Part shown: piece after piece, positions 1-12,900 of the stretch
Numbering within the stretch: the stretch's first letter is position 1
How the letters are laid out: each line of letters starts with the position of its first letter
Program-made: the position numbers and the translations under genes
The notes under the pieces: model-generated
Databases searched by the model: none
Seen by the model: the letters and a program-made list of their open reading frames with translations, nothing else
What the model was told of the DNA's origin: nothing
DNA from: Flaccisagitta enflata
Lineage: Eukaryota
DNA length: 64,000 nt
Direction: 5' to 3'
Assembly (NCBI GenBank): GCA_965153355.1
Contig: OZ231126.1
Location: 17,050,001-17,114,000 of the forward strand

Positions 1-338
1 TGCTAAACTTATTTCCAAGGTAGTATTTCTAGTTTGCATTTCTCTATTTTTTTCTTCTTTTTTTTTGTTTAGGGCCTGAGCAGAGTGAGTGAGCAACCCA
101 AGCCCGGGCGATTTTGCATTTTTTTCAACAATACAATACACTATACAATTTTTCAAAGTATTGGGCCAATACAATACAATAACAATACCGGGATCCTACT
201 GTTTATAAAATCTATCCTCCAGTCTAGATCGTCTTTGCTCCCATTGTACTGTAGCTCTGACAGAGTGGGACCTTCCTGACGGAGGTACACCAACCTACAT
301 GTAACTGTGGAGACATTTCGTCCGTCGCTTCCTCCCAC

Positions 339-552
339 TTTTTAGTTGCGGACACGCAACTCTATAAAAAGCTTTGTCCGTCCGTTGGTCCGTCAGTCGG
401 TCTGTTAGTCGGTCCGTCATGGTGATCGAGTTAGCGAGGCGACCGATACTTTTGTGCCATGTTTGAGTGTTGGAAGTGGCAGGGAATTGGATGAGACTTG
501 GATGCCCCTGCCCACCCGTCCGCAACGATATTGTGACCCCGCGTCACTTGTT
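339..552 (+). mobile_element. HINE/DINE-1-like family A (other copies 18108-18349+, 30699-30880-, 36434-36640+, 50576-50843-, 51265-51416+, 58792-58982+, 61316-61481-)
   Basis: 5' TTTTTAGTTGCGGACACGCAACTCTATAA hairpin, (GTCC/GGTC)n microsatellite, 3' CCCCTGCCCACCCGTCCGCAAC...CTTGTT. Confidence 0.8.
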
Positions 553-2704
553 TCCCTTAGTTTGCATCAATCATGACGGTTCCATTGCCTTCCAGCTCTT
601 GCATGGTGGGGGTTGATATAAGTTGTGAATGTAATAGTGTAAATACAGGTAAACCCCGCAATAGCGGATGTCAAGGGACTGACAAATTGAATCTGTTTCT
701 AGTGGATTTCCATTGTTCGGCATAGGAAATTAAAAGAAATTGCCTAAAGGGACTAGAATTTGATATCCGTCACAGCCAAATCAAGGTGGATTTCCGTTAC
801 TGAGTCCTAGCGGGGTATAACTATCTAACTCTGAAAAATCCGATCAATATAAACAAGGCCGGATACACAGCTACTCCAGTCACTTTTGTATGGGCAGCCG
901 GCATATCTTAGGTCACTTGATCATCTGGGCAACAGCCCTGAGGCCAAATACAGCATAAGTCCAAAAAAAGTGTGACAGACAGATGGACCACGGACCAATG
1001 GACTGACAAAGCAAGGTGTGGAAAACGTAGCACACGACTGAAAAGCTGCCCAAAGAAAGAATGCAGTTGAGCTTTACTAGCTTCACTAGAAAGCTTACAG
1101 TCAACAGACTGGAAAAATGAAATTTCTTAGAGGATTAAAACTTCCATGCCTTATTAGCGGGTGCACTCTACCGGGGTTTTACGCACTACCTGTGAATCGC
1201 TGATCTAACGGAAATTAGCTATCGAAGCAGACCAGGACACCTCAATTACTTCTGTGTTACTGACAGGTTACTGAATTGAATTGCCATTATTTTGACATGA
1301 AAAGATAAATGGTAGTATCGTTCAGACTTCAGAGTGCATGTCAAGTTGACATTGACAATGTAAGATATGTAAAGGGACTGCTTTAAAAGATTGTGCCTCA
1401 CAGTAAAGTTGCCTCATTGCAACCAAACGCAGTACACAATCTCTCATAGACGGGTACAAGTCGGGTACATGCTTAAATAGCAGGTGTGCAATAGCTGTGA
1501 TACACTGCGTTCTGCGGCCTACTCAGTTCTGGCTTTTTCCTGTGGGTAACACTAACAGGGATACGACCCAAGGCCAACGATCTGGTTTTGGGGTGGTGAG
1601 AAATGAGGTCTTTGCAACTCTTTCAGACATAGACGTGTAAGGAACTGTAAGAATGGCTACATCGATGGATGGACTGTCTAAACCGTCAGATGGATTTAGG
1701 GTATGATGAAAATGAAGATATCTTGGAGATGCTAGATGGACAGAGCATTTAATCTGAGTTCAACAATACAGTCGGGTAGTGTAATGACGATATATGGCAC
1801 AAAACGAACACGACCTTTTGTTAAGAACTAGAATCTATAACTAAACCTGAAAAGAGGAAGATTCTAATCAACTTCCCTGGCCAGTGAAGAGGACGTTCCT
1901 TTTCCTTTGCGAAGATGTCCCTTGTATTACCTCAAGTCCAGCCAAGGAAAAAAAAGTTTCTATTACGTCTAATCTGTCAAAAAGTTCGATGCTTTTCGAT
2001 TAAGATTGAGGAAGAGGAACATAAACTGGATGCCTAGATTTGAATGAGTGCGATACAATTTTCATTTTAAAGTTACAAATAATGCAATCTCTCCATTTAC
2101 CATCTTGCTCAAAAATATCGTGTCAGTAAAACAAAATAGTTATTCATTGTTGTTACTTCCTGTACCAAATTATACTTTTTTTATATGAATATTTGATATA
2201 GGCCCTTGTGGTACTAAATGTTCTTAGTAATCATTTGGGAAAATATTATTGAAGGATTTTCAAACAATTTTGTAAAAAAAGTCCATTGACTTTTATAGAA
2301 ATTTTTTTCCGCAGCACTTTCAGACCTATGTTTATTCATTTTGATATAAAATTCAAATGGTTTGAAATAGAACAAGGCCGGATACACGGCTACCGAAGTC
2401 GCATGCGGGTGGGCAGGGGCCATATTTGAAGTCACCAGATCATTTGGGCAGGAGCAGTGGTCAAGAAATCAGCTCTGTAAGGCGGATAGCTGTGCACCAG
2501 TCATGGACAGGTGGGCAGGGGCGGAAATGCATGTTTCCGCACGACAATGTTCACGGACGACCGACCGACCAGCAAACCAGCCGACCAACGCCGTTGATGG
2601 TGGACCAGCACCTCTTATAATTACAAACGTGCGACTAAAAATAATGTGACCGACCGACCAGCAAACAGATCATTCAGGTTGTGAGTCGCGTATATGACAA
2701 AAGC

Positions 2705-2836
2705 ACAAAATCAAAATCAAAAACAAAAATCCAAAATCAAAAATCAAAAATCAAAAAACAAAACAAAATCAAAAATCAAAATCAAAAATCAAAAATCAAA
2801 AATCAAAAATCAAAAATCAAAAATCAAAAATCAAAA
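2705..2836. repeat. (AAAAATC)n tandem repeat
   Basis: Direct inspection. Confidence 0.9.
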
Positions 2837-5800
2837 AGATCAACAGCAACAACAACAACAACAATGAAAAAGAAATGATAGCAGAATGATGCAATGCTAG
2901 AACAATATACAAGTGTATTTTTTTTTGCAGATTTAGAAAAGTGAACAGGAATAAGACACAGAACAATTTAGGGTGGAATTTCTCATTCAAGCAAAATTAA
3001 AAGATTCATAATTACTGATATTTTCCTAATATTTTGGAATTGGTCATTCTACACCTTAGGTTAAGATATATTTTGCATATTGGCAAGCTGAATTGCCCCC
3101 ACAACTTACAGATAATAATTTTGTTTCTTAATTTTATATAATTATGGATATTTTACCTGTTTTTAGACATTAATTCAAATATATATATTCAATTGTTACT
3201 TCATTGAAAATTGATAATAAAAAAAATATATATTTCTTGAACTAGCCATTAAAAAATCAGCAAGTCTTTATCTGCTTTTATTAATGTTTGGCATTCTTCT
3301 AAAAACGAAAAAATATTCGGATCAAAATTTTTTTTTTTTGTCACCTGACCTGTGTCCACTGAAAATGAAAAGTTTGCACAAGAAAGCAGAAAATACAAAA
3401 ACTAAGAACTTGCGACCCTTGTGAATTATTATATCTTAAGTTACGAATCTCCATCATGAAAATACAAATCGTTTTCAGTATATCTTAAGTTGTATTTTAG
3501 AAAAATGTAAATTTTTGACCAATTTCAAAGATTTGTTATTTTCAAGATACAATTATCATATGGTTGCCTTATTTTTGCTCCAAATTATGATCTGGAAGAT
3601 GTTGATGATCATTCTAGTGACATCAAATTTGGCATTGTGTTAGCTGGTAATACTATTTCCTTGCTGAAAACAATCATTAATCATATTTGAATGAATATCT
3701 ATAACTAATCATAAAACAAATTTACTGGAAAGTGGATGAATATAGAATTCTATATGGCTGTGCAGCGTGTCATATTGTGTAAAGTGATGATCACTAAGAA
3801 ATTTAGAAGAGTAGACAAGTGAAAAAGCATCAAGTAACTATAGTGTATTTTTTTCTAATAGATATCATTATTGTTTTGTCGCTGTGAATTTTCAAAAATA
3901 CCATCATTACAATTGACATCCCTTGCTTGCTTGAAAAACAAGTCCGGATGCATGACTTCACCGGACTGGTGTTGGTGGGCAGGGTCAGTGACTGGGAAAG
4001 TCGCCAGGGCATTTAGGCAGGGGAAGAGAGGCCTTAAAGCTCAAAAACGCATGTATATGATGGTGAATGTGACCGAAAGGCCAACTGACGAATGGATGGT
4101 CAGACCATTTGAGCGAGGTACAGTGTTGTATGCACGGGAGTAAGGGTGTGTTTCTGTTGAAGATGAAAAACGCGTTTGTTCCTATGAAACGGGTCCCATG
4201 AGAAAGTGAGCAAAGTGAGTTATTGAGCCCGTTAACGGAGCGAGCGAGCAAAGGGAATGTAGCAAAGCTGAGCGCTGTGGTGCGAGTGAGCAGAGTGAGC
4301 AGCGCAAGCAGTGCGAGTGAACGAACGTAGTGAGCGATGGAGTGGCCCGTTAAAAACGCGATTGTCTCTGACTAGACAAAAAGACAATATTGATGAATTG
4401 AATCAATGACTTTCTTCTTTTGAACAACCCTGTAGGGATATGGACAATCGGATTTATAGACGCGTGCGTGCGACGCTGTAGCCCACCATGTTGGTCAGGC
4501 TGGTTTTTTGAGGGGTGATAAGTTGAGGTAGATTTAACAATAGGAAACCCGGACGGCAACACAATGGCTATGTATAGGCGGGCATTTATAGACGCGTACT
4601 ACGCGACTCCATACCCCACTTTGTCAGTCCGTTGATCTGTCGGTTGGTGGGTTGGTTGGTTGGTTGGTACATTGGTCGGTTGGTCGGTTGGTTGGTCCCC
4701 TTTTGAGTAGCGGCTCCGAAGGGGTCAATGACCTATGCTTTCACGCATATGGGGAATTTTCTCCTCCACCTCCTTCCTCCTTCTTTCCTTTTTGGGCAGG
4801 GGTGAATTTCCTTACGTCCGTCCGTACGTACGTACGTCCGTCTGTCCGTACGTCCCCCCTGAACCTTCTCAATTCTAAAATTTCCATTGAATAACATGGG
4901 AAAATGACAAAATGCAAACTTCCCATTGAATAAAATGGGAAAATGACAATTTGCAAACTTCCCATTGAATAGCATGAAAAATTTACGAATAATAGAAAAA
5001 TGCACATTTTCCATTGAATACCATGGAAAATTAACAAAAAATTCAAAAAAATGCAAAAAAGTAATTGGATAACATGGAAAATTGACAAAAAAATGAAATT
5101 CCCATTGAATAACATGGAAAATTGGCAATAAATTGTAGAAAATACATAGCTCCCATTGAATGTCATAGAAAATTGCCTTTAAGGCCTGAAATATGCCTTC
5201 TCAGGACGTAAGGACCAAGTGCCCTGTCAGTCCTCAGGACATCGGCCCGCTAGGGCCACTGCGCTATCACTCCACCTCTTCAGTTGATCACTCCAAGCAG
5301 GGCATCGGGTACCATGACCATGTGGTGCATCCTTGCAGATGACTTGTTCCATCTTTATCCCCATCCCGTTCATTACGGGCCCATATCTCAACCTTGAGGC
5401 CATATCCTGCTGTGAAGATTTACGTCCCTACTCTTGAGACTCCCAAATCCCTACTTCAGGCCCAGGCTGGAATTTGGGCCTAGAGGCTGGGATATGGCCT
5501 CAAGGCAGATATGGGCCTGGAGAAACTGGGAGAAGGGTGAAGAAGAAGAAGAAGAAGAATAGTCACGAAGCGTGAATGGTCAGCATTCATGTCCTGCTTC
5601 AGTAGGTTTTGGTTGAAGTTGAGGGGGAGCAGGGCAGCGGCCTTGAAGGGGTTGATGACCTATGCTTTCACACATATAGGATATTTCCTTCTCCTTCGCC
5701 TTTTCCTCTGCATCCCCCCTCCCCCAGCCTCCGGGCCTACATCTCAGCCTCGAGGCCAATATCCCAGCCTCGAGGCTCAAATCCCAGTCTTGAGGCCCAA

Positions 5801-7774
5801 ATCCCTTGAGGCTGGAATTTGGGCTTTGGGATTGGGATATAGGCCTTAAGGCTGAGATATGGGCCTAGAGGCTGGGGGGAAGGGGTAACAAAGGAGAAGA
5901 AGAAGGAAGAGAAAAATTCCCCGTATGTGTGCAAGCATTGGTCATCAACCCCTTCAGAGCCGTTGCCCAAAAGGAGCAGGGGAAAGCCCCCCATATGTGT
6001 GAAATAGGGCGGCTACCTGGAGGGTCAAATGTGGTCAAATTTCTGAACGCCTCAGCCAACTAACCATAGACTCTTTGTCGTATTTAACAAGTCATCCAAG
6101 GATCGCACATGGTCAGCGGTACCCGATGCCCTGCTTGGAAGTGATCAAAAAACTGAAGAGTGGAGTGGGCAAGAGCAGGGCAGCGGCCCCAAGGGCCGAT
6201 GTCCTGTAGGACACAGGGTGAATTTCCATACCTCATGAGAGGGCATATTTGAGGTCTTAGCAGCAATTTTCCATGATATTCAATAGGAACTTAACGTTTT
6301 TCAATTTTTCTTCAATTTGCCATGTTATTAATTGGGAAATTTGAGGCCTGAGAGGCTGAATTTAGGGCCCAAGAGGCTGGACTTGAGGCTCAAGAGGCTG
6401 GATTTGAGGCGTGAGAGGCTGGATAAGAGGCGTGAGAGGCCAGATTTGAGACCTGAGAGGCCAAATATGAGGCCTGTGAGGCTTGAGAAGCTTCAAAGGG
6501 GGGGGACGGACGTACGTACGTACGGACAGACGGACGTATGGAAATTCACCCCTGTCCTACAGGACATTGGCCCTTGGGGCCGCTGCCCAAAAAGGGCACA
6601 GTGAGGCAAGCTGGATCAGTATCTGGAAAAACCTCCACGGCAACACAATAGAGAGTTTCAACTGGGCGTAAAATTGCTTTCATATACTTTACCATTATGT
6701 TGCTGTGCGGGTTTCTTAATCAAATATTGACCTCTGCTTGTCTAATTTACTGCCCAAATGCCGCTTAGCATGTATGGTTAGATGGTGGAGGAATTTTAAA
6801 TTTTGAGCCAAATTCACCCTTCAGGTAACCAGCCTAGTGTGAAAGAATAGGTCGTTGCTGCCCTGCTTCCCCCTCAACTTCAATCACAGCCTACTTAAGC
6901 AGGGCACGGGTTCCACTGACTATCAAACACTTTTGCGACTATTTACTTTTTCGGTGTAAATGGGCATTTTGAGTTCACTGCTTCCGCCAAAATGCCCATG
7001 TGACTTTCTCCACTGCCCCTGCCCACCCACACACGACCGGGTTGTCTATGTATCCGGCCTCGTTTTAGTTCATGGAAACTCATTAGTGTTGCCGTGCGGG
7101 TTAATTGATCAGACACTGGCCTCTGCTTGTTTGAATTCCTTTATGAATATGGAATGCATGATTTACTGTCTGTCTGATTCTGAAATATTGTTGGTTGGTT
7201 GGATAATTGGTCAGTTGGTCCGTCCATCCATTCTTTTTTGGCGAACGTTTTTTTTTGCATCGCTGCCCCTCCTTAATGCTTGGTTAGCCTTATAAATTAA
7301 TGCCCCTTCCAAACTTACCGCATATTCGTGTGCTTTAGTGACATTCTGCATTATAGTTTTGGAGTCTTGGAGTCCCAAATACTAAATTTCGGATAAACAA
7401 TTCCAATAAAAGACATTACTTGAAAATAATACTCTATTCAGTCACTCTCTCAATGGCAATGGGTAGCCTACTGAGGATGAAAATATTTGTAACATTTTAG
7501 TCATTTTTGCTATGAAAATGCTTGGAAATATAAAAGTGCTTCGCTAGATCACAGTAAGAACGAAACTTCTACAATTTCTTGCTCACACCGAGATGGGGTT
7601 GTAGCCATGAGTAAACTTTATCCGATTATCCCCAAGTTTTTGGATTTCTCATTTATGTGAAATTTGGTCACATTTTCTCCAATGAGATTTGACTATGAGC
7701 CCACATTAGGGCACCCTAATGAAAAGTGCTTGGAAATAATTTTTTTTTGTACTGCTCAAATTGAGCGCATCCTA

Positions 7775-9094
7775 CAGTATAATTTTTTTCAAATGAGACA
7801 AAAGATGACGACATAGATCATAAACGAATCGACATAATCAAGTTCTGAAAAAAAAATGCCTGAAGGAGGTCTTGGCATTTATTCATGCTAAATTTCAGCA
7901 TTCGGTCTCAAGTAGTTTAGCCTCAATCGCTTTTTGAAGTTTAACTATAAATCATCCAAAATATCTTTTTTTAACTATGGCCAAAAAAAGTTAACTACTT
8001 GTTTGTCAGTGTTTAACATCCAAGCAATGAAAAAAAAACATAACAAAATCCATGACCATTTTGAAGCTCTGCGAAAGATCTCTCAAATAAGATCTTGCTG
8101 GATGTCCTAGCTCTATCCATTTAGAAATGGCATTATGATTAAGATTGGTGGTCAAGAATTTGGAAATTCACCACGTGATCTTCATGTGTTATCTTTATTC
8201 TAACAAGAAAATTAAATGCATTGAGTTAGAAATTTGTTCTTGGTGTCATTTTAAAGAAAATTTTAAGCTCTTTGATTTGCTCATGGATAACGAGTAGCTA
8301 AGACAATCCTGAGCTGCATCATTGACAAAAACGGAAAGACTAAAATTGCATCTTGGAAAAAAACCGAAATGAGCACTTTTTTCAATCAGCGATTTTTTTC
8401 TTTAAACCTCTGCCATTTCTAAACGAATAAAACTATGATTACCAGCAACGTGGCATTTGGAAGAATTTTTGCAGAGCTTTCAAACGGTCATGAATTTTCT
8501 ATGATTCAGGTCCTTAGTTAAGGAAAAATTATCAAAACAAAGTATTCGCTTTTTTCTTTGCCATGGGAGCAGGAAGAAATTGATATCTTCACTTTAAACG
8601 TGAATTGAAGCTAAACTACTCGAAAAAGAATGATGAAATTTGGCATGCATAAATGCCAAAACCTACTCTTTCAGGCGTTTTTAGTCGCGTGCACGACTCT
8701 ACAACCGCTTTGTCAGTCCGTTGGTCGTCGGTCCGTCGTCCGTCACCTTTACTTTTTGTACTAGTAGCTCTTAGGTCATTTAAGTTATTTTTAGGTCATT
8801 TATAGTTGTTATGATCATTTTGAGGTAAATTCTAAGTGGAAGTTCTGGGTCATTTTAAGTTATTCTAAGTTATTTTTGGTCATTTAGGTTTTTTTTTAGT
8901 CATTTAGAGTCCTTTTTAATTTTTAGGTCATTCTAAGTCATTGAAAGTCATTCTAAGTCATTCTAAGTCATTCTTAGTCTGTAAGTCTCGCACGCGACTT
9001 ATAGGTGTTGGCCTTGTTTTTCAGAATTTGATTATATCGATTCGTTTAAGATCTATGTCGTCATCTTTTGTCTCATTTGAAAAAAATCATACTG
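7775..9094. mobile_element. TA-flanked foldback MITE (Tc1/mariner-type) with a HINE-like insert in its right arm
   Basis: taCAGTATAATTTTTTTCAAATGAGACAAAAGATGACGACATAGATC... mirrored by ...GATCTATGTCGTCATCTTTTGTCTCATTTGAAAAAAATCATACTGta; long imperfect inverted arms. Confidence 0.85.
8678..9018 (+). mobile_element. HINE-like family B with 10-bp TAAGTCATTC array (similar: 13641-13856+, 37451-37872-)
   Basis: 5' TTTTTAGTCGCGTGCACG(CG)ACTCTACA, 3' CACGCGACTTATAGGTGTTGGCCTTGTT. Confidence 0.85.
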
Positions 9095-9130
9095 TAATAA
9101 ACTGCGTGCCGAGTGACTGTTACTGGGATT

Positions 9131-9814
9131 TCAAGATGTCTTGAGTTCGTGTAGTTTCTTCCCAGTCAAGACCGCGATACAGAAAACGAATTCAATCAGG
9201 CTGCAAAACTCGGTAGAAAGCCATGGTTTGTTGTACATTTTCTCATTCAAAGCGGCCTTAGATTCCCACATCATTTCATAAGTCTCCCTCCAGCCGTAAC
9301 TATGCGCCGATGCTTCCGGACCGACTAAAAACTCTATCATTTGATGGAATTCAACCATAAGCTGTCGGGTGAAATGATCGGTGACTAATTCCGCCGTGAT
9401 AACGCATAATTTGCCAGTTTGCGAGCCCATCATGGTTACCAAAAGCCCGATAAGAAAGAAATTATTACCACTCAGCTTTTTTTGAAAACTCCAACTTTTT
9501 CCCAAACTCACAATCATTTTCACACCAAGAAAACTAAGGATAATCAAGGTGAAAAAGCTCCACGCGATATCAGCCCAGGCGAACTTGTGATTATCCATCA
9601 ACCCGGTGTCTATGTCCGTAGGTAGGTAAAAATTGGCTATCTGAAATCCAATAGTCCAAATGAAACAGATGATAAAGACGCCGACAGCCTTCAACAGGAA
9701 CCACATCAAGCTGTACTCTCTCTTTTCCATCTTGCATACGCAAAGATACAACTCGGCGAAGAGCGGAATGGCAATCGCCTCTTCGTAGGACAACAGATAA
9801 TCTCGAATGACCAT
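9131..9814 (-). CDS. Intronless 227-aa hypothetical multi-pass membrane protein
   Basis: Only long non-repetitive ATG-to-stop ORF in the window; balanced composition; 4-5 hydrophobic stretches (e.g. WFLLKAVGVFIICFIWTIGF, IAWSFFTLIILSFLGVKMIV, FFLIGLLVTMM, FCSLIEFVFCIAVL). Confidence 0.6.
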   Translation of the reverse strand: MVIRDYLLSYEEAIAIPLFAELYLCVCKMEKREYSLMWFLLKAVGVFIICFIWTIGFQIANFYLPTDIDTGLMDNHKFAWADIAWSFFTLIILSFLGVKMIVSLGKSWSFQKKLSGNNFFLIGLLVTMMGSQTGKLCVITAELVTDHFTRQLMVEFHQMIEFLVGPEASAHSYGWRETYEMMWESKAALNEKMYNKPWLSTEFCSLIEFVFCIAVLTGKKLHELKTS

Positions 9815-9917
9815 TATGAGGTTGATTCTATGGGATCCATTCCACTCCTTCTCGGCTTGTTTCTAGGCACGACAACAATCGCTATCATTTCTGTGTTTCA
9901 CGCTAACAGCGTGAACA

Positions 9918-10325
9918 CATATGAATTTGAAAAAAAGACGCACTTTTGAATGGTTGATTTATCCATTGAAAATCAAGCAAACTAATTAAAATCTAAAACC
10001 ATTTTAAAGCCCCCGGAAACCTCTTTCATTTGGCGTCAATCCGGTATCTCTATCTTGTTTCGTTTAAAAATGGCATTAGTTCGAGTGATGTTGTCAAATT
10101 TCTTTTTGCAGTCCCTCTGAAAAAGATGCAATTCAGCAAAATGGTGTCTCATTTTAGAGAGCTCTAGCTCCTAAACCGTTTAAAGATACAGATCTGGGAT
10201 TGGTCTAGGATGAAAGATATTTTGAAGATCTGCAACATCAGTTTCTCAATTAAAATCTTTTTAGCACTTCTTAAGTCAGTTTTATCAGCAAATAAAAAGG
10301 TGCATCTTTTTTTTAAATTCGTGTA
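9918..10325. mobile_element. MITE with imperfect TIRs
   Basis: ATGAATTTGAAAAAAAAGACGCACTTTT vs AAAAGGTGCATCTTTTTTTTAAATTCGTG-ta. Confidence 0.6.
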
Positions 10326-10702
10326 GTATTAAGGCGGTTACCCAAGGAGCTTGAAAAGTGATTCAGTTAGAATAAGATAGCCAGGTAACCATGTATTCAA
10401 TTTCTTTTCTATGAATGAGATAAGACAAGCAAAGGCCGATATTTGGTCAACAAACCACCGAGGTAACACAATGCATATAACATTGCTTTTCTATACTTTA
10501 CCACTGTGTTGTCATGCAGGTTTCTCAATCAAATACCGACCTCTGCTTAATTTACTGTCTAATGTGTGAGTTTAGATGGCAGCCAAACAGACCTCTTGAT
10601 TATATTTTCTTCCGGGCAGCAGGATTTGTACACTAAGATCTTCCGACAGACCATCTTGTCTAACACCAAACAGAAAGTTACCTTAAAATGGGGTTTCAGC
10701 TA

Positions 10703-11315
10703 CAGTGTGAACATTGTCAAATGCAAAAAAGTATTAAGCTTTGCTCTGAATCTTCGTCTTTGTATTTGGAATCACTTTATAACTTGAAAATCTTATGTTT
10801 GGCGTTTTGTGCTCAATTTCATGGGTCTAAGTTGGATACTTTGTCCACAACATTAAATTGAAGTAATAGAGGTATTTCTGAAAGAAGCTCATTTTTAGCT
10901 CAAAATCTTTTTCTTTAAACAGGAAAGTTTTTGTTTGATTTGCTCTCATTTGAAGACGACTTGAGCTATAAATGCCAGATTAGTCTCAAATGGAAGATGA
11001 TTTGACACTCTTCCATTCAAGACCAATGTAGCATCTGTGGTTTAAGTCATTATAACATCAGAACAATTCCAAAAGAAACTGCCCAGATCAAAAAAGTCAG
11101 TAATCAAGCTCAATCAGTTATCAAGCTCATGCTGTAAATATTCTTTTTACTTCAAATTGATGTTATGGAAAAACTATTCAACTTAGATCCATGACATTTT
11201 GACACAAAAAACGTCAAGCATAGTACTATAAAAGAAAAATGATTCCAGGTCATGAAGATAAATCATCTAGGAGCAAAAGCTTAATACTTTTTTGCATTTG
11301 ACAATGTTCACCCTG
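10703..11315. mobile_element. TA-flanked Tc1/mariner-type MITE
   Basis: taCAGTGTGAACATTGTCAAATGCAAAAAAGTATTAAGCT ... AGCTTAATACTTTTTTGCATTTGACAATGTTCACCCTGta. Confidence 0.85.
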
Positions 11316-12479
11316 TATCAAAAACATTCAAATTCATCCTTGATTCTCCTTAAATGCGTTTTTATAGTACTTGGATCATTGATAAATTTCTGGTGCATTA
11401 AAATACAGCTTCATATTCCACTGTCAATTAAATCCATCTGTCCATCCTTCGTCAGTCCATCCCATCATCATTAAATTAAACTTTAAAAAAATGCCCTTTC
11501 TTTCTTCGCAATCTTTTTCTTCCTCTTCTTTTTCATTCAATTTGATTTTTCTTCTTTTTCATTTCTTTCCCCTTTTCTTTTTCTTTTTCCTTTTCCTTTC
11601 CTTCTCTTTTTCTTTTCTCTTCTTCTTTTTTTTCTTACTTCTTTTCCTTTTCTCCTTTTCCTTCTTCCTTTTTCCTTTTCTTTCCAAAACCTTCCGACAT
11701 GCCCCTTCCCTTCCTGGCAGCGGCGCTGCACGCTGCAACATAATCAAGAGGTCTGCAGACAAATTTTGAATTATGAGCCAGTCACCCTTCAGGTAACCAG
11801 CCTAATGTTCATGAATAAAAACCATCCCAGAAAGGAGCGAGTAAAGTGAGTGAGCGTGCCCATGATTGAAGCAAGCGAGCGGATCGTAAGAGTTGCTGCA
11901 GAGTGGGTGAGCGATTAAGCGGTGCGCGCAAGCGAACAAAGCGAGGACCATAGTGGCCCTTTTACAATGCGATTGTCTTGTGTAGAAGCAAGCCCAAAGT
12001 TTATCTGTTAGAAAATGAGGTTGAGCGATGTCCCCCGCGAGACTTGTCATCAACATCAATGCCTTTAATAGAGAGGGAAACGAATAAATATTTTTGATTA
12101 AAAACTTACATTTACAGTTAAGGTTTACATCAGCGCATTTCAGGTTGTATTTTTATGATAATCTCAAAAAGCGCCCTTGGCAGGACTTTATCATCATTAG
12201 TAAATAGATTTTATCATCATTAGTAAATAGAGCTCAGATTCTATACAAAACAATGAAAGAACCTACTTTAATACTACTTTTCTCCTGATTTTGCTATGAG
12301 AGGGTAGTGTGGGGGTCGCGATAGAAGATTCTTTTGTCGCTACCACTCGGGCATATGATGGTTGGACAACATTACTACTCTACACTGCATAAAGGACAAG
12401 GGCCTTTGGAGCTCTTAATGGTGTTTAATCCGGACCCATCATAACTATCCTTATATATCTGAAAGAAACTTCCCTTTTC

Positions 12480-12900
12480 AGAAACTATCACATGACCGAA
12501 GGAGACCATATCCATCTGGGCACCTTCTCATACTCCCCATATACCAAAAATAGCAAGCAACTGAAACTCTCTCCTTCCTGAAACAACACTTTCGAAAAAT
12601 CTTATATCAACCCCAAATTCTCAAACCTAAAAACTGTAGTATTCATCCCAATGTTACAAAAAAACATATCACCTGAGGATGTATTAGATATCAAAAGACA
12701 AGCTAACCACCAGAGGCAATGTTGCAAAAAATCATACCCTTAGAGGTAAGAATCGAGGATCCACCTTATGGGACCGCCGGCATTCCATACCAAGGTACTG
12801 AATATGAAACATGTTCCAGGTGTTTCACTAAGACTCAATTTCAAACAAAAAGGCCCTTTACTAAGAAGAACTACTTCCATGTCACACCTTCATTCTCCAT
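12480..12900 (+). pseudogene. Possible degenerate non-LTR (L1/Tx1-type) ORF1 relic
   Basis: Interrupted frames give KTVVFIPMLQKNISPEDVLD then IIPLEVRIEDPPYGTAGIPYQGTEYETCSRCFTKTQFQTKRP, resembling IPxxI...YxG...CxxCxxxxHxxxxCP; stops and a frameshift present. Confidence 0.35.

Noticed and set aside
1260..1950. Unique stretch with faint coding look (possible SWIM-type transposon relic)
   Set aside because: Stops in all frames examined and no motif I can support
12420..12470. KDSYDGSG on - strand resembling a RAG1/Transib catalytic motif
   Set aside because: Short isolated match flanked by stops; other RAG/Transib motifs absent
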